From the IMG/VR virus record IMGVR_UViG_3300032224_001028, positions 1 to 63,816 of that record: a DNA stretch of 63,816 nt. The stretch is one strand, 5' to 3'. Origin of the DNA: a virus (Duplodnaviria > Caudoviricetes). Under the pieces are notes generated by a model, which was not told the DNA's origin, ran no database searches, and was given only the letters and a program-made list of their open reading frames with translations. The position numbers and the translations under genes were made by a program. Below, piece after piece: positions 48,212 through 60,700 of the stretch. The stretch's first letter is position 1, and each line of letters begins with the position of its first letter.

Positions 48212-48556
48212 ATGGCATACACAAAAACACCTACAACTTGGCTCGGAGCCGGCTATTCAGCCAACTCCGGATCAAATACCGTAACATTCACAACCGGTAG
48301 CGCATCTAGCAACGTAACAGTTGCAGAGCTTACCAACACCGAAGCAAATGCAAGTACCGGCGACATCCGGAAAATCATGCTGGCTTTTGTAGAGCAGTTT
48401 TATCGGGCCTACAACGCCACTGCGGTTGCAGATCGGCCATTAAAAATGACGGTCACAAGGAACATAGTTGCCGGTCAGGACAACGTGAATACGGCAAACT
48501 ACCAGTTCAGCTTTACTCTATCCCCCACTGTTCTCGAAGTAGCCGACGAGGTTTAA
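48212..48556 (+). CDS. Small virion protein (paralog family)
   Basis: ELTNTEANASTGDIRK motif; AAGGAG RBS. Confidence 0.65.
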   Translation: MAYTKTPTTWLGAGYSANSGSNTVTFTTGSASSNVTVAELTNTEANASTGDIRKIMLAFVEQFYRAYNATAVADRPLKMTVTRNIVAGQDNVNTANYQFSFTLSPTVLEVADEV

Positions 48557-48559
48557 TCC

Positions 48560-48787
48560 ATGGATGGCGAATCGGGAGTTTTCTCGGTTCCTATCCTTAC
48601 GGATTTTCCGGAGGAGTGGAAACCGAAAAAGTGGAAAAAAGGGTTATCTGTCTCAGAAGCCAATAACCAAGGCGGGGATTGGTATGACAAAATGAAGAGT
48701 GCCGACAGGAAAGCCCAAAAAGAAGCAAAGAATGAGGCAAATAAACAGGCAAATAGAGAATCAGCACAGAAACGTGCAAGCCTATAA
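48560..48787 (+). CDS. Hypothetical protein
   Basis: 75 aa; same frame as the giant ORF, separated by TAA. Confidence 0.5.
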   Translation: MDGESGVFSVPILTDFPEEWKPKKWKKGLSVSEANNQGGDWYDKMKSADRKAQKEAKNEANKQANRESAQKRASL

Positions 48788-48790
48788 TCC

Positions 48791-51700
48791 ATGAGCCTAG
48801 AGAACATCTTCGATGACTCCAAGGGAGCTAGTCGCCTACCTGACTCTAAGAGCGTTGGGATCGACCCAGTTAAACTTGAGGATGTTAATTTTGACCCTAA
48901 AGAGGCGGATCCGGTGGAACCGACTGGTTCTGCCATGGCTTACGCTAGTCCGGTAAATCCAAACCCATCCGGAATCGATTTCAGGTTTATCAGGGATCCT
49001 TACGCCAGAAAGAACTTCAAGGGCGAGATCGATTACGCAAACAAAGCGGATCAATTCAATAGCAGGATTGAATCTGCTCAGGCCCAGCTAAAGGCTAGGG
49101 AAGAGAGAGCAAAGCAAGTAGCGGAGCTTAAGGCTCAAAAGCAACAGGAAGCAGATTTCAAGAAGGGAATGAATAGCGAAAAGGAAGGGCAATACAGGAA
49201 GGCAGGACAAAAGTTTTATACGGATGCTTTTGGTGACGTTCAGCCTCAAGTCAATGAAGAGAACAAGCCAATGTTTGAGCCTACTCCTTGGAAGATTCAA
49301 AAGGGGTTAGATGGGCGAAACGTAAAAACCCGTAGGAATGAGTTTGGGCAAATAGAGACTGAAGATCCTGACAAGGAAGCACCTATTGCAGAATCCAAGA
49401 TTAAACCAAACCAACTTTTCCGGAAGAACAAGCTATCGGAGGATCAATTTGTCGGAACAGTGGATGAAGGTCTTACCTCTGGTGACGAAACAATCCGAGG
49501 TGTGGCGGAACAGGCCAGAGAGAAGCAGAACGATAATCTTCTCAAAGAAACAAGGAACTCGTTTGTACGCCAAGAGCTTAAGGTTAAAGCAGATCTCGAC
49601 GATCATAAACTTCAGATGGCCCAGCTTGCCAAGGCGTCGCAGGAAAACGACATGCTTCCGGATTCGCCTGAGAAGCTAGCAAAGAAGGCTGAAATTGATA
49701 AGGCAATCGAGGACGGTGCGAAAAAAGCGCAAACAATTAGCGAATCACTGCTAGAGGCAAAAGCCCAGCGTGAGGATTTTGAGGCAAGCCAGAGTCTATC
49801 TGCATGGTCAAATGCTGAGAGGGCAAGACTAGATTTCTTGAGAAGCGACAGAGGCGCAGAATATCTAAAGCGAAAAGGAATTGATAGCCCTGAAAAGGAT
49901 CAGGTTTTAATTGATATTCGCAACAAGCTGAATGAGCAGGGCAGGAAAACCTTGGAGCAGTCTCAAAAAAAAACTGAAGATAGAACCCAGCTAGTCGGAA
50001 ACATGATGATTGACGGGGGGGCGCAACCCGAATCATCCAAAAAGAGTCCTGCTTTGCCGATGCAAGACACGGCCACGCTTAGAGAAGCCGATGACAAGTA
50101 CGAAAAACGGGTTAATGAAGCAAAAACGGTAGCAAACGAAATAGGCACAAAAGAAAATGAAAAAGTACGTGCATTATATTCGAATCTAAACGCTAGTGCC
50201 GATGCGGTTACTTCAATCGATAATCAACTCAAAGGATTGCAAGACCGGATGACGGAACTTAAGGCGATGACTGGCGGGAAGATGACTCCCGAAGTTGCCG
50301 GTCGAATCAATGCCTTGGCACAACAAGCAGAAAACCTTAACAAACAAAGGCAGGGGCATGTTGCCAAGTACGAGGAATCGAAGAGTATATTTGATAAGGA
50401 AGTAGGAACATTTGACGAGAAAGGCGGGTTCAAGTCGATTGGTACACGAATGGGGGCGATGTTTGACGCCCAACGCAGTCTTGAAATTGAAGCCAATAAA
50501 GCCGGACAAGAAAGAAACTCAGCCTACGAATCTTTACAGGCAAAGATCGAGCAACAGGCAAAGATTAAGCAGGATACTTTCAAGACAGTCGTAATGCCGA
50601 AGATCGATAGTGCGGTTCGGTCAATGGACGACAAGGCATTCGAGGCTTCAATGAAGGAAGCTACTGACCTTGGAATGGATAAGGAAGTTTCCGAATCGCT
50701 TCGGATGTACTACCAGCAAGCTAAGAAGAAGTATAACGGAAGCGATACAGATTTTTGGGATATGGATGTTTTCAACCTGATGCTTCGAAGTTCGCCGGCC
50801 ATGGGCATGCGTATGATTGGAGCTTTGGCAGATATTGTTGCTGGCGAGAACGATCCTAGAACTTGGTATGTCTTTGGTGAAACACACGAACAAAGGCAAG
50901 CAAGACTAACCTCGTTTGGCGGGGTTGGAGCAGAAACATTGTCACCGGACGTAAAGGCCGGATCCGTTTCAATGGGAATGGGTGACGGGGCAAGGGAAGT
51001 GAGTTTTGGGGAGCTTCTAAGAGAGGCAGAAAAAGCCAAGACAGGCAAATACGACAAGAATGCCGTTCCGGATCCATTTAATCAGGTAATGATTGGTGGA
51101 AGGACATACGATATTGGTACTACCAATTATTTTGTAAATAGCCTTCGCATGGCATCAGAGTATTTAAGAAAAGAAGCTAAAAATCTTGAAGAGGCTCTAC
51201 CGGTATCCGAACAGTTCCTATCAACGGACGTCGGGCAGTTTGCAAAAGGATTGGCAGAGCTTCCGGCTCAAATCGGGCCGGCATTTATTCCTTTTGTTGG
51301 CCCTGCGTTAATGGGAGGTACGGTTTCAGCAGGAATGTACGACGAATACATGCAGGATGCAGAACAAACTGCAATTAAGAACGGTACTGAGTTTGACAGG
51401 CTTTCGGCCCATCAGGGTGCATTAAACTATGTAGCAAAAGGCGCACCGGCTGAAATTGTCTCAAATCTATTAGAGATAAAACTTTTTAAGCTATTTAAGC
51501 CTTTGCTGAATAAAATTACCACAAAGGCACTTGCTGAAGCACTTGGCGGAACGGCAATTTCAGGACTTCTTGGTGGTGGCACTGAGGGATACCAGCAGTA
51601 CATGTTGAACCGCACCAAAAAGTATTTTGATAATATGCCAAATGTCGAACTCACAGATGATGTTTGGCAGAGCTTTAAGATAGGTGGAGCAGTGGAAATG

Positions 51701-54700
51701 TTTATTCCGGCTATGGTTGCCTTGGCTCAATCGGCTCAATCGCAAAACAAGAGATCTACTGATGTTCGTAAGATGATGGAGGATTTTGGGAAGGCTAAAG
51801 AAGAATCGTTGAATGCGCTTCCCGTTGGTCAAAGGGTTACAAATCCTGATCTTTCCGAATATACTCCTAAAGAGATAAGCAAACAGGAAACTAGATTAAA
51901 CTCCATTGATACACGGATTGCTTCTATCGAACTTGAGCTACCCAAGGCAAAGGGAGACAGGAAGCGGGATCTACTGAATGAGGGGGCGCAATTATACGCT
52001 CAAAGAAATCAGATTATCCCTACGGTTACTGTTGGTGCAGAGATGCAGAACCAGATTCAGGAAGAGCTTTCTAGGTTTCCGGCTCAGACCGTAACAGACG
52101 AAAAGGGCAAGGTTGTATCAGAAGCAAAGCTAGGCCCAGTACGGGCATTGGCTAAGTATGCCTCAGGAGCAGAGCTTTCGTTCGACGAAATGGCAGAAGA
52201 GCTTCCCGATGGATCTCCCGTATTCGGCAAAGACAAGAACGGGGCCGTCGTTGTGTCACAAAGGGCAATCGACCAGTATCGAAATACTGCCTCTACGATC
52301 TCTGCCCTAGCTCAAGGCAGGAGCGTACTGAACGCTCGGTCAATGCTTGAGGAAAAGCAGGATCAGCAAAAGGCAAAAACCACTTCAGTTGTCGCAAAAG
52401 ATCGCAAGGAGGAGTCCGGCAATCTGTTCAGGGTGCGGGTTACGGACACAGCAACGATGCAGGATCGTGAGGTAGATGTCCGTTCAGAATCTCCCGAAAG
52501 GGCTAGATTAACGATTGCGGGTAGTCCTAAGGATTACGGATTTGATGGTGGAATTAGGGTAGGGGAAGCAATCCCAGTGGGTGCGGGTGATAATAAACAG
52601 GGTGCAAATGTCGGCAAAGCGACAACAATGCCTCAAAATGCGTTCAGGAGGCCGATTACAGGCAAGGAAAGAACATCCTTGGTAAGATCCATTCTGGACG
52701 CCCCGCCTGAGCGTAGAAAGGCTTTACAGAAGATTTCTGAGTCCGTCGGTGGTCTTGTTGAAAACTACAAGAGCATGTTCGACTCGGTGGACTTCACCGC
52801 ACAGGACAATATCTCTGGTGGCGTACAGATCCGATTCTCACCTGACGGAAAGACAAGAAAGCTAGCGATTAGCCTTACCGGACTGCAAAGGGAGCTTCAA
52901 GGAGCCGAAAATCCCGATCAGGTACTTCTTGGGAAGTTTGTCGAGGAAGTTACTCATTCGGTTGGGGTTCAGGTTGTTTCGAGGGAGGAATCACAAAACA
53001 TTTCAAAAACGATGTCACCAAAACTCCGGAGAGCATTCGTTGATTCTTATTACGCATCAGAAAAATCCGCCGGCAAACAGGGCAAGATTAGCTCTGATAG
53101 CGCATTCTCTGGTGAGCTTACCGATTTAGAGCATTATGAAATAGGGCAAGAGTTCATACGAGCGATTGTCCAGAAGGATGAGCGTGTTTTGGGCTTCATG
53201 ACTGAAGAGGCTCAAACCAATCCGGAGTTTTTGCCCTACTTCATAAACGCACTTAAAAAGATCCTAGATGCGATAACTTCCGGTACGTACAAGATGGACG
53301 CTCCTTTAGCCAACGAAGCTAAAGAGCGAATCATCAGCATGATGGACAAGCTAGGAGCGTTAAACAAAATATCTGCGGATCGGGCGAAAATTGGCTATGG
53401 AAACAGTGCCAAGACAACCGACACTGCAACCGTTCAAGGGGTTCCCGCCACAGGATTACCTACTTCTGTTCCTCAGAATAGAAGTGGAGTTGGAACTGGA
53501 TCAGTTAGCCAAACGAATGAGGGAGGAACCACCGGAGCAAGTGGGTTGGCAGGATCTCCCGCTATTTCAACACAAGGACGTAGCTACAATGTAGCTACAC
53601 CAAAAAATACGATGAGCGTTCCCGTTCAAGGGAAACTCGTCGAATTGGGAGATCTAAAATCATCGGCTGGAACAAACCTTCAGCCACGGGATAGGACACG
53701 GGCGGGTAACAGGGAACAAGAGCTAAAAATTGCAAGGAATCCAAATCATGCGATGTGGGCTAGGCCGGCTTCAACTTCTGATACCGGTCTTACGATTGTA
53801 GGCAAGGATGGTCGTATTTATAGCGGTCACGGAAGGACAAACGCCAAGAACCTTGTCTATCAAATGGCCGAGACACCATCGGCAGATCAAGCATTAGGCC
53901 AAAAGAACGCTCAAGGGCTTAGGGATGAGATCAAGAACACGATGCGACAGATGGGCGAACCGGAATCGGAGATAGCAAAGGTCGATACAATGAAACGCCC
54001 CGACTACGTGGGTGTGTATCAGGGTGACGAGAATCCGAGCAAGATCCGGCAATTCGTCAGGGATTCAAACATCGAGGGGATGAGTGTAGCGGAACAAGCA
54101 TCATACGATGCGCTTGAGTTTATCGATAATCCCAAGCTGATCAGCAACCTACGGGCCGGATCGAATGGAGAGATACTTCTTAAGCGCAACGACAAGGTTT
54201 TATCAGATTTCTACAATGCAATCGGATCCCCTAGAGAGTTAAGGAAGAAAGATGGATCTTGGAGTAAGGCCATGGAAAGCAGGGTAATGGGCGCACTCAT
54301 GGCCCTTAACTTCGGTCAGAATAGCGATACTCTCATCACAACCCTTACGGAAGATGCTGAAAATCTCGGTCTTATTGGACTCCGTGCTGGACTTGTACAG
54401 GCTGGGCCTGATCTTGCGATTCTCGGTGATGGGGAATTGGACATTAAGCCAACCCTGACAAGGGCCGTGGAAGAGTTTGTTAAGTACAAAGAAAACGATG
54501 GGAAAATGGAGGACTTCTTAAGCCAAGGGAGACTCCAAGGGATTGAATCGGAAGCGTCACAAGAGACTGAGTTCATGATGAGAACCATCGCAGAGAATCC
54601 CACGGGCCGAGCGATTGGTGACTTCCTGAGAACCTATGCGGTTTCCGCAGTAGCCATGAAGCGAGAGCGTCAAGCCTACGGGGGTGGGATGTTCCCCGAA

Positions 54701-57700
54701 ACAGAAGTACCCCTCAATGTCATGGATGTTCTCAAAATGGCAACATCCATTGTATCAAAGGGTGATTCAACACAGACCCTTAGTAGTCCCGCAAGGAATA
54801 CCGCAGAGACGTTAGCCGGAAAACTTTCAGCATTTCTTGATCTTTCCAAGAATCCACAAAAGCAAAAAATCGCCCAATACGTTGCAAACTACCATAAAAA
54901 CGGTTTATACGGGCTAATCAATAAGATGCTTGAACCGGTTCCATCCGGAGCATCCCTGCCTCCTCAGGCATACCAATTTGAAGAGAGACTTGAGAAGATC
55001 CTTTCGGTTGGTGATCCGGCTATCGACATCACGCTTCCAGATGGCAACAAGGTAAAGCTGGACGGTGTAGGAGCAAGCAAGGTACTTGCGGGTTTCTTGG
55101 AAGGCGTAAGCAAGCAACAGGACAACTTTAGAGAACTGATTGGAAAGGTTACTGCCGGAAGAGACTGGGTTGCGCTAGTTGCCTCTCCCAAAAAGATGAA
55201 GAGGCTTGCCGAGAAAATAATTTTCGAAAAGAAGGGCATAGTTGCAGATGACGCAAAAGATATTCTTCGGGCCACGATTGCCGTCAATACATTGGATGAA
55301 ATGGATGAGGCGATTGCTGAAATCCAAAAATACGCAAGAGTAACGCAAGATAAGAAGAATCTTTATTTGGACACCGAGAACACTGGCTATGCCCACCGGT
55401 TAATTCTTATTCAATGGGACGGGTTAAATTGGGAGGCAGAAGTACAGATTAACTTACCCGAAATGTTGTTGGCTAAGGATATTGGACATCGTTTTTACGA
55501 AAAGATCCGTAGCCTTGAGGCTTTAGCTACAACTCTTCGAAATAATGAAGAAGTTCTGGCTATCGAACGTCAAATCGAAGAACTAAAAGAAAAGGTTAAT
55601 CAGGTTTGGCGAGGCGCACGGGACTTGATCACTAAACGCTTAAACGCATCCAAGGATCTTACCCGTGGAGCTTCAAACGTGGAGACAAGTGGAAATCGAG
55701 TAAGCGGAATATCATCGCAACGCCAAGCCCTTACTCCAAGTACTGCAACAGGGGTATCATCAACATCAAATAGTTCTGTTTTTGGATCCGAAATCAATTC
55801 TTCGAGATCCGGAGCCTTGGACGCTTCATCAGGTGTTGTTGGCATGACAACAATCAATAGCCAGAAATACGCAGTTCCGCAACCCGAAAGTATCGTTTAT
55901 GCAAATGTCGAGGATTTCAGGGGTACGGTGGATAGTTCTAGGTTGGCAAACGTTCCAGAAAACGAGGCTTCTCTTGGTACTATCTTCAATACAAAGGCAT
56001 CAGGATCATTCGTCGTTAAGCTAGATAAGCTGATTTCACCGGTAAATGAGCTTAACGACGAGGGATTTGTAGCAGGAAAGAAGGCGGATCCACGACAAAC
56101 AGCTATCAATCGCATGGTTTCAAACCTTGATGGAGAGACATTTACACCAAGAGAACCTATTGACCTTGCGGATAACGGTGATGGGACTTACACAATTATT
56201 GACGGAAATGCTACTGCCCAAGGACTTATGTTGGCAGGATGGCAAAATGCGGTTGGAGTTGTTAAGGAGTTTGCCCTTTCAGCCCCCCGTCGAAACACTC
56301 AAGACGCTAATCAATTAAGCCTATTTGACGAAACCGGAAGTGCTTCGGTGTTGTCAAACAGCAAACAAGGGGGTATTGAAAGTGGAGAACAATATGGACA
56401 ACCAAGAACAAGACAATCAACCGGAGAATCCGCCCAAACTCAGGACGGACTACGAGGGAGCGATGAGCTTTTTGGCGAATACGCCAACGGATCAACTCAA
56501 CCAACTAGCCAAGAATCCGGCACTCCTAGAGAAGTTTATTCTAGAGAGGTATCCGGAAACGGAATGGATTCAGTCGGACAACGAGGCGGAGTCGAGCCAA
56601 CAGGCGGAACTAGATCAGGAGACGGTGTACAAAGCGGAACGCAAGATGCTAATACTATCGACGGAGAATCCGGAAGAGTGGTCAGTAATCAAGACGGTGC
56701 TAGAGAAAATCTGCCCGTTCGATCTAAACCTACCGTAGAACGTCCTGCGGAGGGTTCGCCCGACAGAAATCACGAAATTGCCCCTGAGGACATACTTGCC
56801 CCAAGGGGTGACGTAACAAGACTCAAGACAAACATATCGGTAATTAAACTACTCAAGCAACTTGAGTCAGAGGACAGGAATGCAACGACTGAAGAGAAAA
56901 AGATCCTAGCTCAGTACGTAGGATGGGGTGGTTTGTCACAAGCCTTAGATGAAGATAAAGCAGAAAGAGCAAGTGACATGGATTTTCAGCGACGATACAT
57001 GGATGAGGAAACAATTAAGTCGATTGAAAACTGGAATAAGAAATACGGTAAGTATTACACTGAAGTAAAAGACCTTCTTTCTGAGGATGAGTTTAGATCT
57101 GCAAAGGCAAGTACAACTAATGCCCACTATACGTCGCCTCAGGTCATTAAATACATGTGGGATGCGGTCAGGAAACTGGGATTCGATGGCGGAACAGTAC
57201 TCGAACCCGCCGGTGGGGTTGGTCACTTCTTTGGGCTAATGCCGAAGGATATGGCCGATGCGTCCTACACAAAGGCCGTCGAGCTTGACTCTCTATCCGG
57301 AAGGATCATGCGGAAACTCTATCCCGAAACCGACGTTCAGATCACAGGATTTCAGGATGCAGAGATTCCTGATAATTCTATCGACCTTGCCATATCGAAC
57401 GTGCCTTTTGCCAATGTTGCAATATACGATGCCGGCCTTGAAGCGCAGGGTGCGCCCAAATTGTCACTTCATAACTATTTCTTTGCCAAGGCACTTGAGA
57501 AGGTTCGGCCCAGCGGGGTTATAGCCTTTATCACAACAAGCAATACTCTGGACGCCAACGTTGCTCAGAGGAAATGGATTGCAGACCACGGGGAACTAAT
57601 TGGCGCAGTAAGACTTCCAAACACTGCATTCAGCGAAAATGCAAATACAGAGGTCACCACGGACATTATTTTCATGAGAAAGCCGGACGGCAAGATGCCT

Positions 57701-60700
57701 AGCTTTAGTCCGGAGTCATTCAAAAGCACAAAAGAAGTGCCACTAGAGAACGGTGGAACAGTTAAGATCAATGAGTACTTCGCAAGCAATCCCGACATGA
57801 TTCTTGGCCGACTTGCCAACGACGGATCTATGTACGGGGGCAAGGAAGAGATGACGGTACATCCTTTTCAGGATGGCCGAACATTAGAGAGCGTTCTTAG
57901 TCAGTCCCTAGAGAAGTTGTCCGGAGACGTAATGGGCCAGAGCAAACCGGTCAATATGGACGCAGTAAGAAGCGAAGAAGCGATGAGGGGCAAGAAGGTT
58001 GGGACTCTGGCGATGCTTGAGGACGGGAAACTTGGCATAGCCGGAGTAGAAAACTCGGATGAAGAAATCCTTAGTCCAAAAAATCGGCCTATTGCCATGG
58101 GATTCATGCAAGTCAGGGACGCCCTGAATGAATTGTATCGGATGGAAATGGATCCGGAATCTCAGGACGCCGAGATTGAAGATCAACGGAAGGCACTAAA
58201 TGTTGCCTATGACAACTTTGTGGCACGGAATGGATCATTCCATGCAAATAGTAAGCTATTAGACTTTGATCCTGACTATTACCGGATCATAGGAGCCGAA
58301 AATGAGGTAAAGTCTGATAGCAAGGCCGAGAACGTTAAGAAGTTCCTGACTAGGAAAAAGAACTACACAAAGGGTGATATTTTCACAAAGCGGATCCTCA
58401 CCCCAAGGCAGGAGCCTACTTCTGCTTCATCCGTTGAGGATGCTATGGGCATATCCCTTGGATGGAAAGGCACTCTCGACACCGACTACATCGCCGGATT
58501 GGTTGGCAAGTCAAAAGAGGAGGTCGAGAAAGACATTCTTGGCAAGGGTATTGGGTTCAGGGATCCATCTACCGGTCTTGTGTCCACAAAGGAAGAATAC
58601 CTGAGTGGCAACGTAAGAAAGAAACTTAAGATAGCCGAGGAAAAGGCCAAAAAAGACAACAGTTACGAGGCAAACATTGAAGCATTAAAGAAAGTGCAAC
58701 CGGTGGATGTGCCATTCTCCGACATATCAATGAACCTTGGGGCGAACTGGATCCCGACGGACATTATTTCTGACTTTGGTAGAAGCATACTCAAGACACG
58801 GGTTACAGTAACGTACAGCAAGGGGGTCGGGGATGTTTCTTCAGATAGGTACACGGTTACTTACGGATCCGACGGCAAGGGCGCAAGATCAATGGCCGAT
58901 CTTCCCTCAGAAGCCACAAGCATCTACGGCACGGATAGAATGTCAGGAGTTCGACTGCTTGAGATGGCACTTAACATGCAAACGCCGATGGTATTTGACA
59001 CAATCGACGAAAAGAAGGTTTTGAATGCCGGTGAAACCGAAAAGGCAAAACTTGCCATGGAGAAGATCAAGGAATCTTTCGCCCAATACGCATCATCCAA
59101 GCCTGAAGTTTCTGAAGAACTCGCAAAACAGTACAACGAGAAGCGGAACTCCCATGCGTTACGTCAGTACGATGGTCAATTCCTCACATTCCCGTGGCTT
59201 GCTAAGGGATACGACTTATATCCAGACAAAAAGAACGTGGTTTGGAGGGCTATTCAGGACGGCAAAATGCTTATTGCTCACGGGGTTGGAGGAGGAAAGA
59301 CGGTCATCGGCACTGCTTTGACCATGGAACTTCGTCGCCTTGGACTAGCCAAGAAGCCGATGATCGTTGTCCATAACGCTACTTTGGAACAGTTTGCCGG
59401 AACGATTGGAAGAATGGCCCCGACTTCCCGTGTCCTTGTTGCCCGTAAAAAAGACTTCGAAAAGAGCAAGCGAAAGGAGTTTGTGGCGAAAATAGCCTCA
59501 GGAGACTGGGATGCGGTCGTGATGGCCCACTCAACATTTAACCAGATCAAAGACGATCCGGAATACGTAAAAAAGATTACCTATGAGCTTATAGATGAGC
59601 TTCGGGATGCAATCACTCAAACCATGAGTGAAAGCAACGAGGTGAGTCGTTACGGCAGGATCTCCAAAAAGAAAGATCCATCCGTAAAGGAGAAGGAGAA
59701 GCAGATCAAGAGGCTCGAAGAAAGACTCAAGCGAGTACAAGAGCGCAAGGTCGATGATGTCCTTACGTTCCAAGAACTAGGGGTGGACGCTATTATTCTG
59801 GACGAGGCGCATATCTACAAAAAGATGCCTTTCGTAACAAAGCTAAAGAATATCGCCGGCATCGATAATTCGCCCACCGAATCAGGAACAAGCTTATTAA
59901 CCAAAGCACGATTTATTCAGGAAAAGAACAAGGGCCGGAACATCTTCACGATGACTGGCACACCGGTAACAAATACCCTTGGTGAAGTTTGGAATCAGGT
60001 TCGCCTTATCGATCCCGAACTATTGGCCGAGTTTGGTTCATCTAGCTTTGATTCGTTTGTTTCTACATTTGCAGAGGTAGAGAGAAGTGCAGAGCTAAGG
60101 GCCAACGGAAAATATAAGAGCATCCAACGTCTATCGAAATTGGCTAACTTGCCTGAGTGGAACAAGATGTTCCGGACTAGAGCAGACGTCAAGATGGGCG
60201 GGGATATGGTCGTAAAGAACCGGCCTGAAATCAAAGATGGAAAACCTGACCTTATTGCGGTCGAGGCAACTCCTCAGGTAATCGAATACAAAAAGATTAT
60301 CGATAGAATCATCGATGATTTTGACAGCATGGATGGACGAGAAAAGAAGGAAAACAGTCATATTCCGCTAGTTACTTACAATGCTTGCAAACTTGCATCA
60401 ATCGACATGCGTTTGGTGGATGACAAGGCAAAGGATGAGGCGGGAAGTAAATCAAACACCATGATTGAAAAGGTGTTCGAACTTTACAAGAGAACGAATG
60501 ATTACAACGGAACCCAAGTAATCTTCTCTGATCGTTACCGGCCCATGAAAACGGAATCCTTGTCATTCAATGGATTGGATTCGGGCGTTGAAACTGATGA
60601 CAGTGAAGATTCGGGAATGGATCTTATTTCTGGTGCAAAAGAGGAAGAAAAAGAAGAGCGTGAAGCGGAATCCATGGGCGGATTCAACCTTTATACAGAC

